A stretch of DNA of 64,000 nucleotides from a bacterium (lineage in GTDB: Bacteria > JADJOY01), in contig JAXLQJ010000015.1 in assembly GCA_046331705.1 (NCBI GenBank), positions 1-64,000 on the forward strand, in the 5' to 3' direction. The position numbers were made by a program, and so were the translations under genes. The notes under the pieces were generated by a model. The model saw only the letters and a program-made list of their open reading frames with translations, made no database searches and was not told the DNA's origin. This document shows, piece after piece, positions 27,451-37,126 of the stretch (the stretch's first letter is position 1; each line of letters starts with the position of its first letter).

Positions 27451-28413
27451 TCATTCGAGTCGGACTCGCGGGTCGACGATCGCGTAGCTCACGTCGGTGA
27501 GGATCTGGGCGGCCACGAACAAGAGCGCGCCGATGTAGACCATCGTGCGCAACGTCGAGAAGTCGTTGCCCTGGATCGCGTCCACGGTCACCGAGCCGAG
27601 CCCGGGGATGCCGAAGAACGATTCGAGGAGCAACGCGCCCGTGAACAGGAAGGGGATCTGGATGACGACGTTGGTGAGCACGGGAATGAGCGCGTTTCGG
27701 AGCACGTGACGGCCCATCACGCGAGCCTCGCCGCAGCCCTTGGCGCGCGCCGTGCGCACGTAATCGCGGCTGGTTTCCTCCACGAACACCGTACGGTAGA
27801 GACGGATCTCGGCGCCGAGCTCGGCGGCCAGGCCGACCAGGATCGGCAGCGCGACGAAGCGCGCGATGACGTCGGCCGAGCGGTCGAAGCCGGAGATCGG
27901 GAACCAGCGCAAGAGTTTTCCGATCAGGAACTGCGCGCCCACGATGTAGAGCAGGATGGAGACGCTCATCGCCAGCACGCACAGCACCAAGCCCATGCGG
28001 TCGATGTAGGTGTTGCGGAAGAACGCCACGAAGAGCGAGAGCGGCACGCCCAGGCCGACGCCGAGCACGAAGAGCGGCACCGTGAGCGTGAGGCTCGGGA
28101 CGACGCCGTTCCGCAACCGCTCGGAGATCGGGGCGCTGTCCGCGTCGCTCTTGCCGAAATCGAAGGTCAGCGCGCGGCGGAAATGGGTGAAGAGCAGATT
28201 GTCGCTCGCGTTCTCCCACGGCCACAGCGGCCGGTCGTAACCGTGCTCGTGCTTCCAGTTCTCGATCACCTTGGGCGACGCTTTCTCGCCCACGGCGCGA
28301 CGCGCCATGTTGTCGGGATTGGCGACCGAGAAGAAGAGGATGAAGAGGAACAGCAGCACGCCGAGGACCGTCAGCATCCCGTAGAGCAGGCGGCGGACCA
28401 CGTAGGCCAGCAT
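27451..28413 (-). CDS. Oligopeptide ABC transporter permease (OppB/DppB-like)
   Basis: 'MLAYVVRRL', 'DYVRTARAKG', 'HVLRNALIP', 'YAIVDPRVR'. Confidence 0.95.
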   Translation of the reverse strand: MLAYVVRRLLYGMLTVLGVLLFLFILFFSVANPDNMARRAVGEKASPKVIENWKHEHGYDRPLWPWENASDNLLFTHFRRALTFDFGKSDADSAPISERLRNGVVPSLTLTVPLFVLGVGLGVPLSLFVAFFRNTYIDRMGLVLCVLAMSVSILLYIVGAQFLIGKLLRWFPISGFDRSADVIARFVALPILVGLAAELGAEIRLYRTVFVEETSRDYVRTARAKGCGEARVMGRHVLRNALIPVLTNVVIQIPFLFTGALLLESFFGIPGLGSVTVDAIQGNDFSTLRTMVYIGALLFVAAQILTDVSYAIVDPRVRLE

Positions 28414-30452
28414 CACTGACGCTCGCGCAGGAAGGTGACCACGCCAGGCACGGTGATCAACACCGCGAGGCATGCCAGCGTGTACGCCGGCCACATCACC
28501 GGCTGGTTCCACCCGTCACGCACGCGATCGCGCAGCTCGGGCTCGACGTCCCGGTACTTGGTCATCGGGGTGGACATGCCGAAGGGCTTCACGTTGTGCA
28601 CCCATTGGTGGCGCAGCGAGTACGCCTCGTTGAACATGAGGTCGATCATCGGCGCGTCGTGCTCGGTGATCGCGCGCAGCTCCCGGATCAGCCGCATCCG
28701 CTCGTCGTCGTTCTCGCGGGCCTTGGCGAGCTCGAAGAGCCGGTCGTATTCCGGGTTCGAGTAGTTCATGTCGTTCGGCCCGCCGTACTTGACGCGCCCT
28801 TGCTCGGTGACGAGCAGGAACAGGAAGTTCTCCGGATCCGGGTAGTCGGCCGACCAGCCCCAGAAGTAGATCTGGTGGGCGCCCTTCTTGAGCTTCTCCT
28901 GGAACTGGTTGTAGTTGGTGGCGTCGATGCGCACGTCGAGGCCGATCTGCCGCCATTCGTCCACGAAGAACTGGTAGCGCAGCATCCCGTCGACGCTGGT
29001 GTCGCCGCTGTCGAAGACCAGCCTGAGGGGCTTGCCGGTCGCGGGATCGACGCCCCCCGCGTAGCCGGCGTCGGCCAGGAGCTGCTTGGCGCGCTCGATG
29101 TCGACGTGCCGGTAGGGGTTGCGGTAGCTCGCCTCGAAGCCGAAGAGCGACGGCGGGATCATGTAGTCGGCGGGCACGCCGCGGCCGTTGAGGAAGAGCC
29201 GCAGCCATTCCTTGGTGTCGACGCACAGGCTCATCGCCTGGCGCAGGAGCCGCGCCCGCTCGCCGCCTGCGTGGCCCACGGTCTTGTCCTGCATGTTGAA
29301 GCCCAGGTAGTAGAACGCCGGCTCGACGGTCTTCTCGAGGCCGATGCCGAGCTTCGCCATCTCGGGAGTGAGCTGGCCGTTGGCGACGACCTTGTCGAAG
29401 CTCTCCTTCACGATTCCCGAGGCGTCGTAGTAGCCCTGCAGGAATTTGTTGAAGCGCGGGATGTCTTCTTTCTCGCGGCGGTACTCGACGCGTTCGATGA
29501 ACGGAACGGGTTTGCCCACGTAGCGCGGATCGAGGCGGCCGAGCTCCGCGTCACCGGGCTCACCCTCCGACGGGTAGAGCGCGCCGGGACGGTTCCACTC
29601 GGGGTGGCGGAAGCCGTACCAGTTGCGATTCGCTTCCAGCACGATCCGCGCCTGCTTGTCGTAGACCGTGATCTTGTAGGCCGCGTTGGCCACCGGATGG
29701 TCCTGAAGCAGGGGGTGCCCGTTCTTGCCGTCGTAGTACTGCACCGCTTCCCAGGGCACGGGCGTGGAGAACGGGAACGCGAGCCAGTAGAGGATCTGCG
29801 GGTACGGGTGGTCGAGCACCAGCTCGAGCGTGTGCGCGTCCGGCGCGCGGATGCCCTCGATGGGGCCGACCGCCGCGTACTGGACGTGCGCCGGCTGAGC
29901 GACGAATCCGGGATCGCTCTTGCGCCGCGCTTCCAGTCGATCGATGAAGTCCTTGAACCCCAGCACGTTCGACATCGGATCGACGAAGGGGCTCACCACC
30001 TTCGGGTCCGCGACCCGCATGTACGCGAACTCGAGGTCCTGCGCCGTGATCTCGCGTGTCCTGCGGCCCGCCCCGCCCAGCTCGAAGCAGGGGTCGTCGG
30101 CGTAAAGCAGATCGGGCAGAAACTCGATCCGATAGCGGATGCGCCCGTCCGCGAGGTGCTCGGCGACGGGGACGCTCTTCGCGATGCCGGGGATGAGCGT
30201 GTAGGGACGCTTGAGGAAGTGGAACTCGAGCGGGGTGTCGAAGATGTTGCCGGTGAAGGCGTGCTCGGTGGTGGTGTACGAGACAGCGGGGTCGAGCGTC
30301 TTGGGCGGATCGTCGAATGCCACGTAGAGGACGTCCCGGCCGCGGTCGCTGGCGGGGTACGGATTGTTGGTGCACGCGGCCAGCGCGAAGAGGAGCGTCC
30401 CCGCCACCCGCGCCAGCGGACGAAGGCGTGGCGTGCGCGCGGGCTCGCTCAT
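28413..30452 (-). CDS. Family 5 ABC substrate-binding lipoprotein with a C-terminal TM helix
   Basis: Lipobox 'LAAC', 'PKTLDPA', 'YYLGFNM', 'GWSADYPDPENF', and a hydrophobic C-terminal helix. Confidence 0.92.
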   Translation of the reverse strand: MSEPARTPRLRPLARVAGTLLFALAACTNNPYPASDRGRDVLYVAFDDPPKTLDPAVSYTTTEHAFTGNIFDTPLEFHFLKRPYTLIPGIAKSVPVAEHLADGRIRYRIEFLPDLLYADDPCFELGGAGRRTREITAQDLEFAYMRVADPKVVSPFVDPMSNVLGFKDFIDRLEARRKSDPGFVAQPAHVQYAAVGPIEGIRAPDAHTLELVLDHPYPQILYWLAFPFSTPVPWEAVQYYDGKNGHPLLQDHPVANAAYKITVYDKQARIVLEANRNWYGFRHPEWNRPGALYPSEGEPGDAELGRLDPRYVGKPVPFIERVEYRREKEDIPRFNKFLQGYYDASGIVKESFDKVVANGQLTPEMAKLGIGLEKTVEPAFYYLGFNMQDKTVGHAGGERARLLRQAMSLCVDTKEWLRLFLNGRGVPADYMIPPSLFGFEASYRNPYRHVDIERAKQLLADAGYAGGVDPATGKPLRLVFDSGDTSVDGMLRYQFFVDEWRQIGLDVRIDATNYNQFQEKLKKGAHQIYFWGWSADYPDPENFLFLLVTEQGRVKYGGPNDMNYSNPEYDRLFELAKARENDDERMRLIRELRAITEHDAPMIDLMFNEAYSLRHQWVHNVKPFGMSTPMTKYRDVEPELRDRVRDGWNQPVMWPAYTLACLAVLITVPGVVTFLRERQ

Positions 30453-30548
30453 GGCCGCTCTTCCCATCCCATCGTGCGCCGTTGCTCCCACGAGCGACCG
30501 TACTCGGCGCGCGGCGTGCGGCGCAAGAGCCGCCGGGCAGGCCGAGCG

Positions 30549-31457
30549 TCAACCGCCGTGGGCGGCGGGATCGTCGGCCTGCGGTGCCTCCGCGGGAGCC
30601 TCGCGCGCGGGCGCCACCGCGTCGAGGTCCACGATGGTGGCTCCCGCCGGTGGGCTGAGCTGGAAGAGGCCCGCGGGCAGCGCGGGTCCGAGCTCGGCGC
30701 GCGGCACCGCGATCGAGAGCGTGAGGCCGTAGCGGGGCACCTCGAGGGTCAGCTTGCGTGGCACGGGCTCGCTCGCGCCATCCCAGGTGGCGTGGTAGCG
30801 GGTCGAACCGTCGGGGTCCAGCTCGTCGAGCGCGAGCGGCGCGCCGGTCTGGGGGTCGATGCGCAAGCGGCGTGGACCGCTGCCTGCCCCCGCGGGCACG
30901 TCGACCGCGAACGCGCGCTCGCGCTCGCTCAGCAGCGCGGTGAGCCCCTGGCCGGTGGCGAGGGGTGTCGCCAGCAGTGCGTCGACCAGCGACGACGCCG
31001 GCAGCGGCGGCAACACCAGCGACGGCGTGAACGGCGCGTCGTCGTTCGCGATCGTGCCGCGAAAGAACCGCTCGTCGGTGGACGTGTAGGCCGTCAGTCG
31101 ATCGCCGTCGATCGCCAGGATCAGCGTCGGGCCGATCAAGCTCAGGGTCTCGAGCCTGAGCGAGGCGGGTCGCGCCACCACCACGGCTGCGTCGGTGGAA
31201 AACGATTCGCCGTCGAGCGTGACCTCGAGCTTGGCTCGCGCCCGAAAGCTCGTCACGCGCGCGCGCCGCGCCACCACGCGGCGCAGCGCCTCCTCGGGGG
31301 CGAGTGTCGGGCCGAGTGGTTCGGGCCGAAGCGCCGGCGGGCAACCGCCGAGGCCGAGCGCGCCGGCGGCGAGCGCGAGGGCGAGGGCAAGCGTGCGAGC
31401 AGCCGATCGCCGCGCACCGCGCGCGAGGGGGCTCGGCGCGGCCGTTCGCGGCGTCAC
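30549..31457 (-). CDS. LolA/LolB-fold-like (DUF4292-like) lipoprotein
   Basis: Lipobox 'LGGC', 'RPASLRLETLSLIG', C-terminal 'FQLSPPAGA'. Coupled downstream of a TPR lipoprotein. Confidence 0.6.
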   Translation of the reverse strand: MTPRTAAPSPLARGARRSAARTLALALALAAGALGLGGCPPALRPEPLGPTLAPEEALRRVVARRARVTSFRARAKLEVTLDGESFSTDAAVVVARPASLRLETLSLIGPTLILAIDGDRLTAYTSTDERFFRGTIANDDAPFTPSLVLPPLPASSLVDALLATPLATGQGLTALLSERERAFAVDVPAGAGSGPRRLRIDPQTGAPLALDELDPDGSTRYHATWDGASEPVPRKLTLEVPRYGLTLSIAVPRAELGPALPAGLFQLSPPAGATIVDLDAVAPAREAPAEAPQADDPAAHGG

Positions 31458-33313
31458 GGGCTCGCGGGGGCGGCGGACGGCTCGCCGCCGGTCAGCTCGT
31501 CGAGCTTCTTGCGTACCTCGGCCTTCGACGCGTCGATCTCCAGCACGCGCCGGTAGGTCTCGATGGCACGCGCCTTCTTTCCTGCGGCGCGATACGCGTC
31601 ACCCAGGTGCTCGGTGATCACGGCGTCCTCGGGAACCAGCTCGACCGCGCGTTCGAGGGTCGTGACCGCCCCATCCAGATCGCCGCGTCGGAACTGCGTC
31701 CAGCCGAGGCTGTCGACGTAGTAGCCGTCTTCGGGCTCGATCTCGAGGGCGCGGCGGATCAGTGCCTCGGCCTCGTCGAGGCGCTGCCCCTTGTCCGCCC
31801 ACGTGTAGCCCAGGTAGTTGAGCGCGCGCGCATCGCGCGGGTCGCGCTCGATGACCGCCTGCATCTCGCGCTCGGCGTCGGCCGCGCGACCTTGCTTGTC
31901 GTAGAGCACGCCGAGGTCGAAGCGGACGTTGGTGTCGTCGGGCGCGAGGGTACGCGCCGCTTCCAGCGACTCGATCGCGTGCAGCGGCTGCGCGGCTTTC
32001 TCCTGGACGTACGCGAGCACGCGGTAGAGGCGCACCTTCGGGTCGGGCGCGTCGTGGGTCGCGTCGCTGCCGTGGCTGTCGGCGGTCGGGCCGCCGGTCT
32101 CGGCGACGGCAGGAGTGTCCGCGGCGTCGTTGGCGGCGTTCGCGTGCTCGAGCGCCTCTTCCAGGACGCGGATCGCGCCGGGCGCGTCGTTGCGCTCTTC
32201 GACGAGCAGCACCGCCATGCGCAGCCGCGAATCCACGTACTCGGGCAGGTCCGGGCCGACCTTCGCGAAAGCGTCGAGGGCGCGGTCGACCTCGCCTTTC
32301 TTGCTGAGCGCGAGACCGAGGTAGTAGGCAACCTTGAGCATCTCGGGCCGCTCTTCGAGCAAGAGGCTGAGCTCGGTGATCGCGTCGTCGACGCGATCCT
32401 GCTCGAGGAAGATGAGGCCGAGCCCGAGGCGCGCCTCGGCCGGCTCGGGGTCGCGCTTCTTGAGCTCCTCGAGCTCCGTGATCGCGTCGCCGAGGCGGCT
32501 CTGCTGGATCAGGAGGCGGCTCAAGCGGCGGCGCACCTGGTGATTGTCGGGGTTGATCGCCAGCACCTTGCTGTAGGTGGCGGCGGCCTGGTCGCTCTTG
32601 CCCCAGCGCTCGTAGAGCACGGCCAGCTCGACCAGCGCGCGCTCGGACTCGGGTTGGAGCTCGAGCGCGGCGAGGAACTGTGCTTCCGCCGCCTCGTAGC
32701 GGCCCAGGCTCGCGAGCATCTGCGCCAGGGTGGAGCGCGCTTGGAAGGACTGCGGATCGACCGCGACGAGACGCTCGAGCAACGCCGCCGCGTCCGCCAG
32801 ACGATTCTGTCGAACCCGAAGCAGCGCGAGCTGGAAGAGCGCGCCGGGATCTTGCGGATTCGCGGCGAGGATCGCTTCGTAGCTCTGCGCCGCGCGCGCC
32901 GGATCCGTGGTGGCGAAGATGCGCGCCTCGAGGAACTGGGCCTCGGAGTAGCGCGGGTCGAGCGCCAGCGCGGTCTGGACGTGCTCGAGGGCGCGCTCGG
33001 GTTGGCCGAGGTCGAGGTAGACCTTGGCGAGCGTGGTCTGCAGGTACGGCGATCGAGGATCGGCGAGCGCCGCCGCCTCGAACCAGCGGATCGCGTCTCC
33101 GTAGCGATGGAAGAGCAACGCGCGGTTGGCCTCGATCGTCGCGAGGTACGAGTCGGCGTTGCCGGTGACCTCGATGGGCGGCGGAGGAGGCGGCGCCGAG
33201 GGAGGCTGCTGCGCCGGCGGTACGACCGCGGCGCAGCCCGCGAGGAGCACCGACGCCAGCCATGCGCGAGGAACGAGGCTCTTCGAGTGCGCAGTTCGAA
33301 TCAACGCTTTCAC
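31454..33313 (-). CDS. Tetratricopeptide repeat lipoprotein
   Basis: Lipobox 'LLAGC', many TPRs, C-terminal 'ALNYLGYTWA...YYVDSLGW...EHLGDAY'. Start inferred at GTG 33313. Confidence 0.9.
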   Translation of the reverse strand: MKALIRTAHSKSLVPRAWLASVLLAGCAAVVPPAQQPPSAPPPPPPIEVTGNADSYLATIEANRALLFHRYGDAIRWFEAAALADPRSPYLQTTLAKVYLDLGQPERALEHVQTALALDPRYSEAQFLEARIFATTDPARAAQSYEAILAANPQDPGALFQLALLRVRQNRLADAAALLERLVAVDPQSFQARSTLAQMLASLGRYEAAEAQFLAALELQPESERALVELAVLYERWGKSDQAAATYSKVLAINPDNHQVRRRLSRLLIQQSRLGDAITELEELKKRDPEPAEARLGLGLIFLEQDRVDDAITELSLLLEERPEMLKVAYYLGLALSKKGEVDRALDAFAKVGPDLPEYVDSRLRMAVLLVEERNDAPGAIRVLEEALEHANAANDAADTPAVAETGGPTADSHGSDATHDAPDPKVRLYRVLAYVQEKAAQPLHAIESLEAARTLAPDDTNVRFDLGVLYDKQGRAADAEREMQAVIERDPRDARALNYLGYTWADKGQRLDEAEALIRRALEIEPEDGYYVDSLGWTQFRRGDLDGAVTTLERAVELVPEDAVITEHLGDAYRAAGKKARAIETYRRVLEIDASKAEVRKKLDELTGGEPSAAPASP

Positions 33314-33439
33314 TCCCGTACGCGGCCGCGGGCAGCGCGGCGCGCGCGATAACGTAATGCGCAACCTCGAGTGTGGCGCCGGCGTCCGACCCGTCGCAGC
33401 AGCGCCGAAGCGCCGCAGGCCGTGTAGGATCGGGTGCCG

Positions 33440-34144
33440 ATGAGCACGATCGCGTCGCCACCCGCGCCGCCCGTCGCGAGCGCTCCGCCGCAGCGCATGT
33501 CGCGGCGGCGCTGGCTGGGGCTCGGTGTCGGCGGCGGTGCGTTGCTCGCGCTGGGCTCGCTGCTCTGGCGAGGGACGCGCCCGCCGCGCTCGGAGCCGGT
33601 GTGGGCGGTGGGGCCGTGGCGGACCGTGAACCGCTCCGAGGCGACGATCATCGCTGCGCTCGCCGCGCGACTCGTGGATCCGGGAGACGTGACCGGCGCC
33701 GAGCCACCGGATCTCGAGCAGGTGGCGCGCTGGTTCGACGCTTTCCTGACCTTCGCCCATCCCGAGGTGAAGCGCGATCTGCGTGCGTTGCTGGCGGCGT
33801 TCGACGGGGTGGGTCCGCTTGCGATCGCGGTGCCCGGGCGATTCGTCAATCTCTCGGCAGGCGATCAAGCGCGCGTGCTGCGCCGCTGGGAGCGCGGCCC
33901 GCACCCGATGCGAATGGGCTTCGCGGCGCTCAAGCAGCTCGCCTACATGGCGCACTACGGACGCGACGCCACCTGGTCCGCGATCGGCTACGACGGCCCG
34001 ATCGTGCCGCGCGGCTATGCCGGCGGGGAACGGAGCTGGTTCGATCCCGCGTGGGTGGCCGCCGACGGCGACGATGGCGTCGGCCCCGATGGCCGAGGTC
34101 GATGGCGGCGCGCCGCGCCTGCAGGAAGCGCGACCCCCTCATGA
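33440..34144 (+). CDS. Tat-signal protein, gluconate 2-dehydrogenase subunit 3-like (GMC accessory)
   Basis: 'SRRRWL' twin-arginine-like motif, 'FVNLSAGDQARVL', 'LKQLAYMAHY...W..IGYDGP'. Upstream of a GMC oxidoreductase. Confidence 0.75.
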   Translation: MSTIASPPAPPVASAPPQRMSRRRWLGLGVGGGALLALGSLLWRGTRPPRSEPVWAVGPWRTVNRSEATIIAALAARLVDPGDVTGAEPPDLEQVARWFDAFLTFAHPEVKRDLRALLAAFDGVGPLAIAVPGRFVNLSAGDQARVLRRWERGPHPMRMGFAALKQLAYMAHYGRDATWSAIGYDGPIVPRGYAGGERSWFDPAWVAADGDDGVGPDGRGRWRRAAPAGSATPS

Positions 34145-34347
34145 TCGTCCGCGGGCGAACGCGGTGTTTCCTCGGGGGGCTGTTCCAGCCCCCCGCCCCG
34201 TCGCGGCGAAGCCGCGTCGGGGCCCCACCCCTGAGCCACTCGCGTTGCTCGCGCGTCGCCGCTGGCGCCGGTCTCGATCGCGAGCGCGCGTGTCCGGCTC
34301 GGTCGCTCGAGGACGGGCGCGCCTCGGCATGCCTGAGCTCGCCATGA
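34141..34347 (+). other. 68-aa bridging ORF made of a duplicated GMC gene start plus a REP-like insert (coding status uncertain)
   Basis: Begins MIVRGRT like the GMC gene. Its ATG overlaps the upstream TGA, and its TGA overlaps the GMC ATG. Confidence 0.45.
34167..34270 (-). repeat. Solo inverted copy of the REP-like hairpin element in the 4182-4870 array
   Basis: Reverse complement GGGGTGGGGCCCCGACGCGGCTTCGCCGCGACGGGGCGGGGGGCTGGAACAGCCCCCCGAGGAAA aligns with array copy 5, GGGGGTGGGCCCCATCGCGGCTTTGCCGCGCTGGGCGGGGGGCTGGAACAGCCCCCCGTAGAAA. Confidence 0.88.
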
Positions 34348-35873
34348 TCGTCCGCGGCCGCACGCTGAAGGCATCGTTTCACCGCCGCTGCGACGTGGTC
34401 GTGGTGGGCACCGGTGCGGGCGGTGCGATGTGCGCCCGCCAGCTCGCCAAGGCGGGTCGCGAGGTGGTTGCGCTGGAGATGGGCGGCTTTCATCGGCCCA
34501 GCGAGTTCACGCAGCGCGAGGACGAGATGCTGCCGATGCTCTTCCAGGAGCGCGCCGCGCGCGCCACCAAGGACATGTCGGTGACGGTCTTGCAGGGGCG
34601 CGGCGTGGGCGGCTCGACCGTTCACAACACCAACCTCTGCAAGCGCACTCCCGAGCCCGTGCTGCGCGAGTGGGTGCGTCGCTTCGGGGTCTCGGGCTGG
34701 TCGCCCGAGGAGCTGGCGGCGGATTTCGCGGCCACCGAGCGAGACCTCGCGGTGTCGGTGCTCGGCGAAGCACAGCTCAACGCCGCCAATCGCCTCATGA
34801 AGGACGGCACGACGGCGCTCGGCTGGCGGGGTGGCTACCTCTCGCACAACCGCGTCGGCTGTGTGGGCTCGGGGTTCTGCGAGCTCGGATGCGCGTTCAA
34901 CGCCAAGCAGAACGCGCTCAAGGTGCTGATCCCCGACGGGCTCGCCGCGGGCCTGGACGTCTACGCGGACTGCGAGGCGACGACGGTCCGCGTCGAGCGC
35001 GGCAAGGCGGTCGGCGTGCGCGGCCATTACGTCGATGGCGACGGCCAGCCGCTCGGCGAGTTCGAGGTGAGCGCCGACGCGGTCGTGCTCGCCGGTTCCG
35101 CCGTCGGCACGGCGGCGCTGCTGCTGCGGTCCGGGTTGCCCGATCCGCACCACCAGGCCGGGCGCCATCTGCACCTGCACCCGGGCGCGCCCGTGGCGGG
35201 TGTTTACGACGAGCGCGTCGCTGGCTGGAAGGGTGTCCCGCAATCGTGGGAGGTGATGGAGTTCCTGGATTTCGAGCGCGAGGACAAGCGCGCGTGGATC
35301 GTCGCCAACTTCGCCCATCCCATCGGCACCGCCGTGAACTTGCCCGGCTTCGGGCCCGAGCATGCGCGGCTGATGGGCGAGTACCCGCATCTGGTGGTGT
35401 TCACGCCGATGCTCCACGATCGCACCGAAGGCCGCGTGACCGTCACGCGGCGCGGGCGGATCCAGCTCGGGTACACGCTGAGCGCCGCCGATCGCGAGCA
35501 GATGGCCATCGGCTTGCGCGAGTCCGCGCGGCTGCACCTCGCCGCGGGAGCCAGGCGGGTGGTGGTGCCCTTCGTCGAGCCGCTCGAGGTCACGAGCGAG
35601 CGCGACCTGGGCCGCATCCGCGCCGAGGATCTGGGACCGCTCGAGATGCCGGTGCTCGCGGTGCATCCCATGAGCGCGGCGCGCATGAGCGGCTCCCCGC
35701 AGCAAGGCGTCGTGCGCCCCGACGGACGCCACCACCAGGTCGCTGCGCTCTACGTGGCCGACGGCGGCCTCTTCCCCACGTCGATCGGCGTGCCGCCGCA
35801 GATCTCGATCTACACCGCCGGCCGCGTCGTCGCGCGCCACGTGGACGGCGCGCTCGACCGCCCCGGCGCCTAG
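34344..35873 (+). CDS. GMC family oxidoreductase
   Basis: FAD motif 'VVVGTGAGG', 'GRGVGGSTVHN', 'CVGSGFCELGC', 'HPMSAARM', 'LYVADGGLFPTSIGVPPQ'. Confidence 0.93.
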   Translation: MIVRGRTLKASFHRRCDVVVVGTGAGGAMCARQLAKAGREVVALEMGGFHRPSEFTQREDEMLPMLFQERAARATKDMSVTVLQGRGVGGSTVHNTNLCKRTPEPVLREWVRRFGVSGWSPEELAADFAATERDLAVSVLGEAQLNAANRLMKDGTTALGWRGGYLSHNRVGCVGSGFCELGCAFNAKQNALKVLIPDGLAAGLDVYADCEATTVRVERGKAVGVRGHYVDGDGQPLGEFEVSADAVVLAGSAVGTAALLLRSGLPDPHHQAGRHLHLHPGAPVAGVYDERVAGWKGVPQSWEVMEFLDFEREDKRAWIVANFAHPIGTAVNLPGFGPEHARLMGEYPHLVVFTPMLHDRTEGRVTVTRRGRIQLGYTLSAADREQMAIGLRESARLHLAAGARRVVVPFVEPLEVTSERDLGRIRAEDLGPLEMPVLAVHPMSAARMSGSPQQGVVRPDGRHHQVAALYVADGGLFPTSIGVPPQISIYTAGRVVARHVDGALDRPGA

Positions 35874-36021
35874 CTCGGCGCGCGATCGCGCGCCGGCTCC
35901 TCGCGGCATCGGCGGCGCGCCCGGCGCGCCGCGCGTTCCGGGCGCGGGCGCAGCCGAGGAGCGCGTCGCGACGCTCCGGTCGTGCAGGTTTTTTGCATGA
36001 CGCGGACTATCTTGCGGCGCG

Positions 36022-37110
36022 ATGCGCGTCCTCACGCGATACGTCACGGTCCAGTTCCTGCGGGTGCTGGCGCTTTGCTTCCTGGGATTCCTCATCCTGT
36101 TCGTGATGGTGGATTTCCTCGAGCGCGTGGACTCGTTCACGCAGCGTGGGATCGCCTTCCACACCACGGCGCTCTATTTCCTCTACCGGATCCCCGAGCT
36201 GGTCTTCGAGATGATCCCGGTCGCCATGCTGGTGGCCACGTCGATCACCGTGGGGAGGCTCTCGCAGCTCAACGAGATCACCGCCATGAAGGCCGGCGGT
36301 GTGAGCCTCTATCGCTCGATCGTGCTGCCGGTGGCCGCGATCGGCCTCTCGGTGAGCCTGGTGTGCATGGGCATCAACGAGCTCCTGGTGCCGTGGACCA
36401 AGGCCGGCGCGCGCGAGATCATCAACCGCGTGAAGGGGCTCAACCTGACGCGCCCCGCCGGTGACCCGAACGTGTGGTTTCAGGGCACCAGCGACAAGCA
36501 CGAGATGATCCACATCGCGCGCTTCTTCCCCGAGATCGGCGTGCTCGAGAACGTCACGGTCTACCGGCTGGACGACGCGTTCAAGCCGGTCAAACGACTC
36601 GACGCCCACATGGCGCGCTGGCTCGAGGATGCCCGGAAATGGCGCTTGAGCGAGGTGGTGGATCGCGACCTCGTGAGCGGCGAGATCCACGAGTACAAGC
36701 GATTCGATCAGCAATTCGACTGGACGCTCGACGATTTCCGGGCCACCGAGAACCAGTACAGCGACACCATGTCGTTCGGCGAGCTCGAGCGCTACATCGC
36801 GCGGGTGGAGGAGCTGGGTTACGACTCGACTCGCTATCGCGTCGACCTCCACAACAAGATCGCGTTCCCGTTCGTGTGCTTGCTGGTGCCGTTGGTCGCG
36901 ATCCCGTTCTCGCTGGTGGGCGGCCGCGGCGCCGGTTTGGTGCGCAGCCTCGCCTTCGCGGTGATCGTCGCGGTGCTCTACTTCTTCGTCCAGAGCACGG
37001 CCATCGCCGTGGGCCATGCCGGGCGATTGGGGCCGGTCACCGCCGCCTGGATCACCAACGTGTTGTTCGCGCTGGTCGGGAGCTACCGCTTGCTCGGGGT
37101 CTCCCAATGA
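36022..37110 (+). CDS. LPS export ABC permease, LptF/LptG family (LptG-like)
   Basis: 'MRVLTRY', 'NEITAMKAGGVSL', periplasmic domain, 'LHNKIAFPF', 'AAWITN'. Confidence 0.9.
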   Translation: MRVLTRYVTVQFLRVLALCFLGFLILFVMVDFLERVDSFTQRGIAFHTTALYFLYRIPELVFEMIPVAMLVATSITVGRLSQLNEITAMKAGGVSLYRSIVLPVAAIGLSVSLVCMGINELLVPWTKAGAREIINRVKGLNLTRPAGDPNVWFQGTSDKHEMIHIARFFPEIGVLENVTVYRLDDAFKPVKRLDAHMARWLEDARKWRLSEVVDRDLVSGEIHEYKRFDQQFDWTLDDFRATENQYSDTMSFGELERYIARVEELGYDSTRYRVDLHNKIAFPFVCLLVPLVAIPFSLVGGRGAGLVRSLAFAVIVAVLYFFVQSTAIAVGHAGRLGPVTAAWITNVLFALVGSYRLLGVSQ

Positions 37111-37126
37111 GCGCGTGCCGCGCTCG

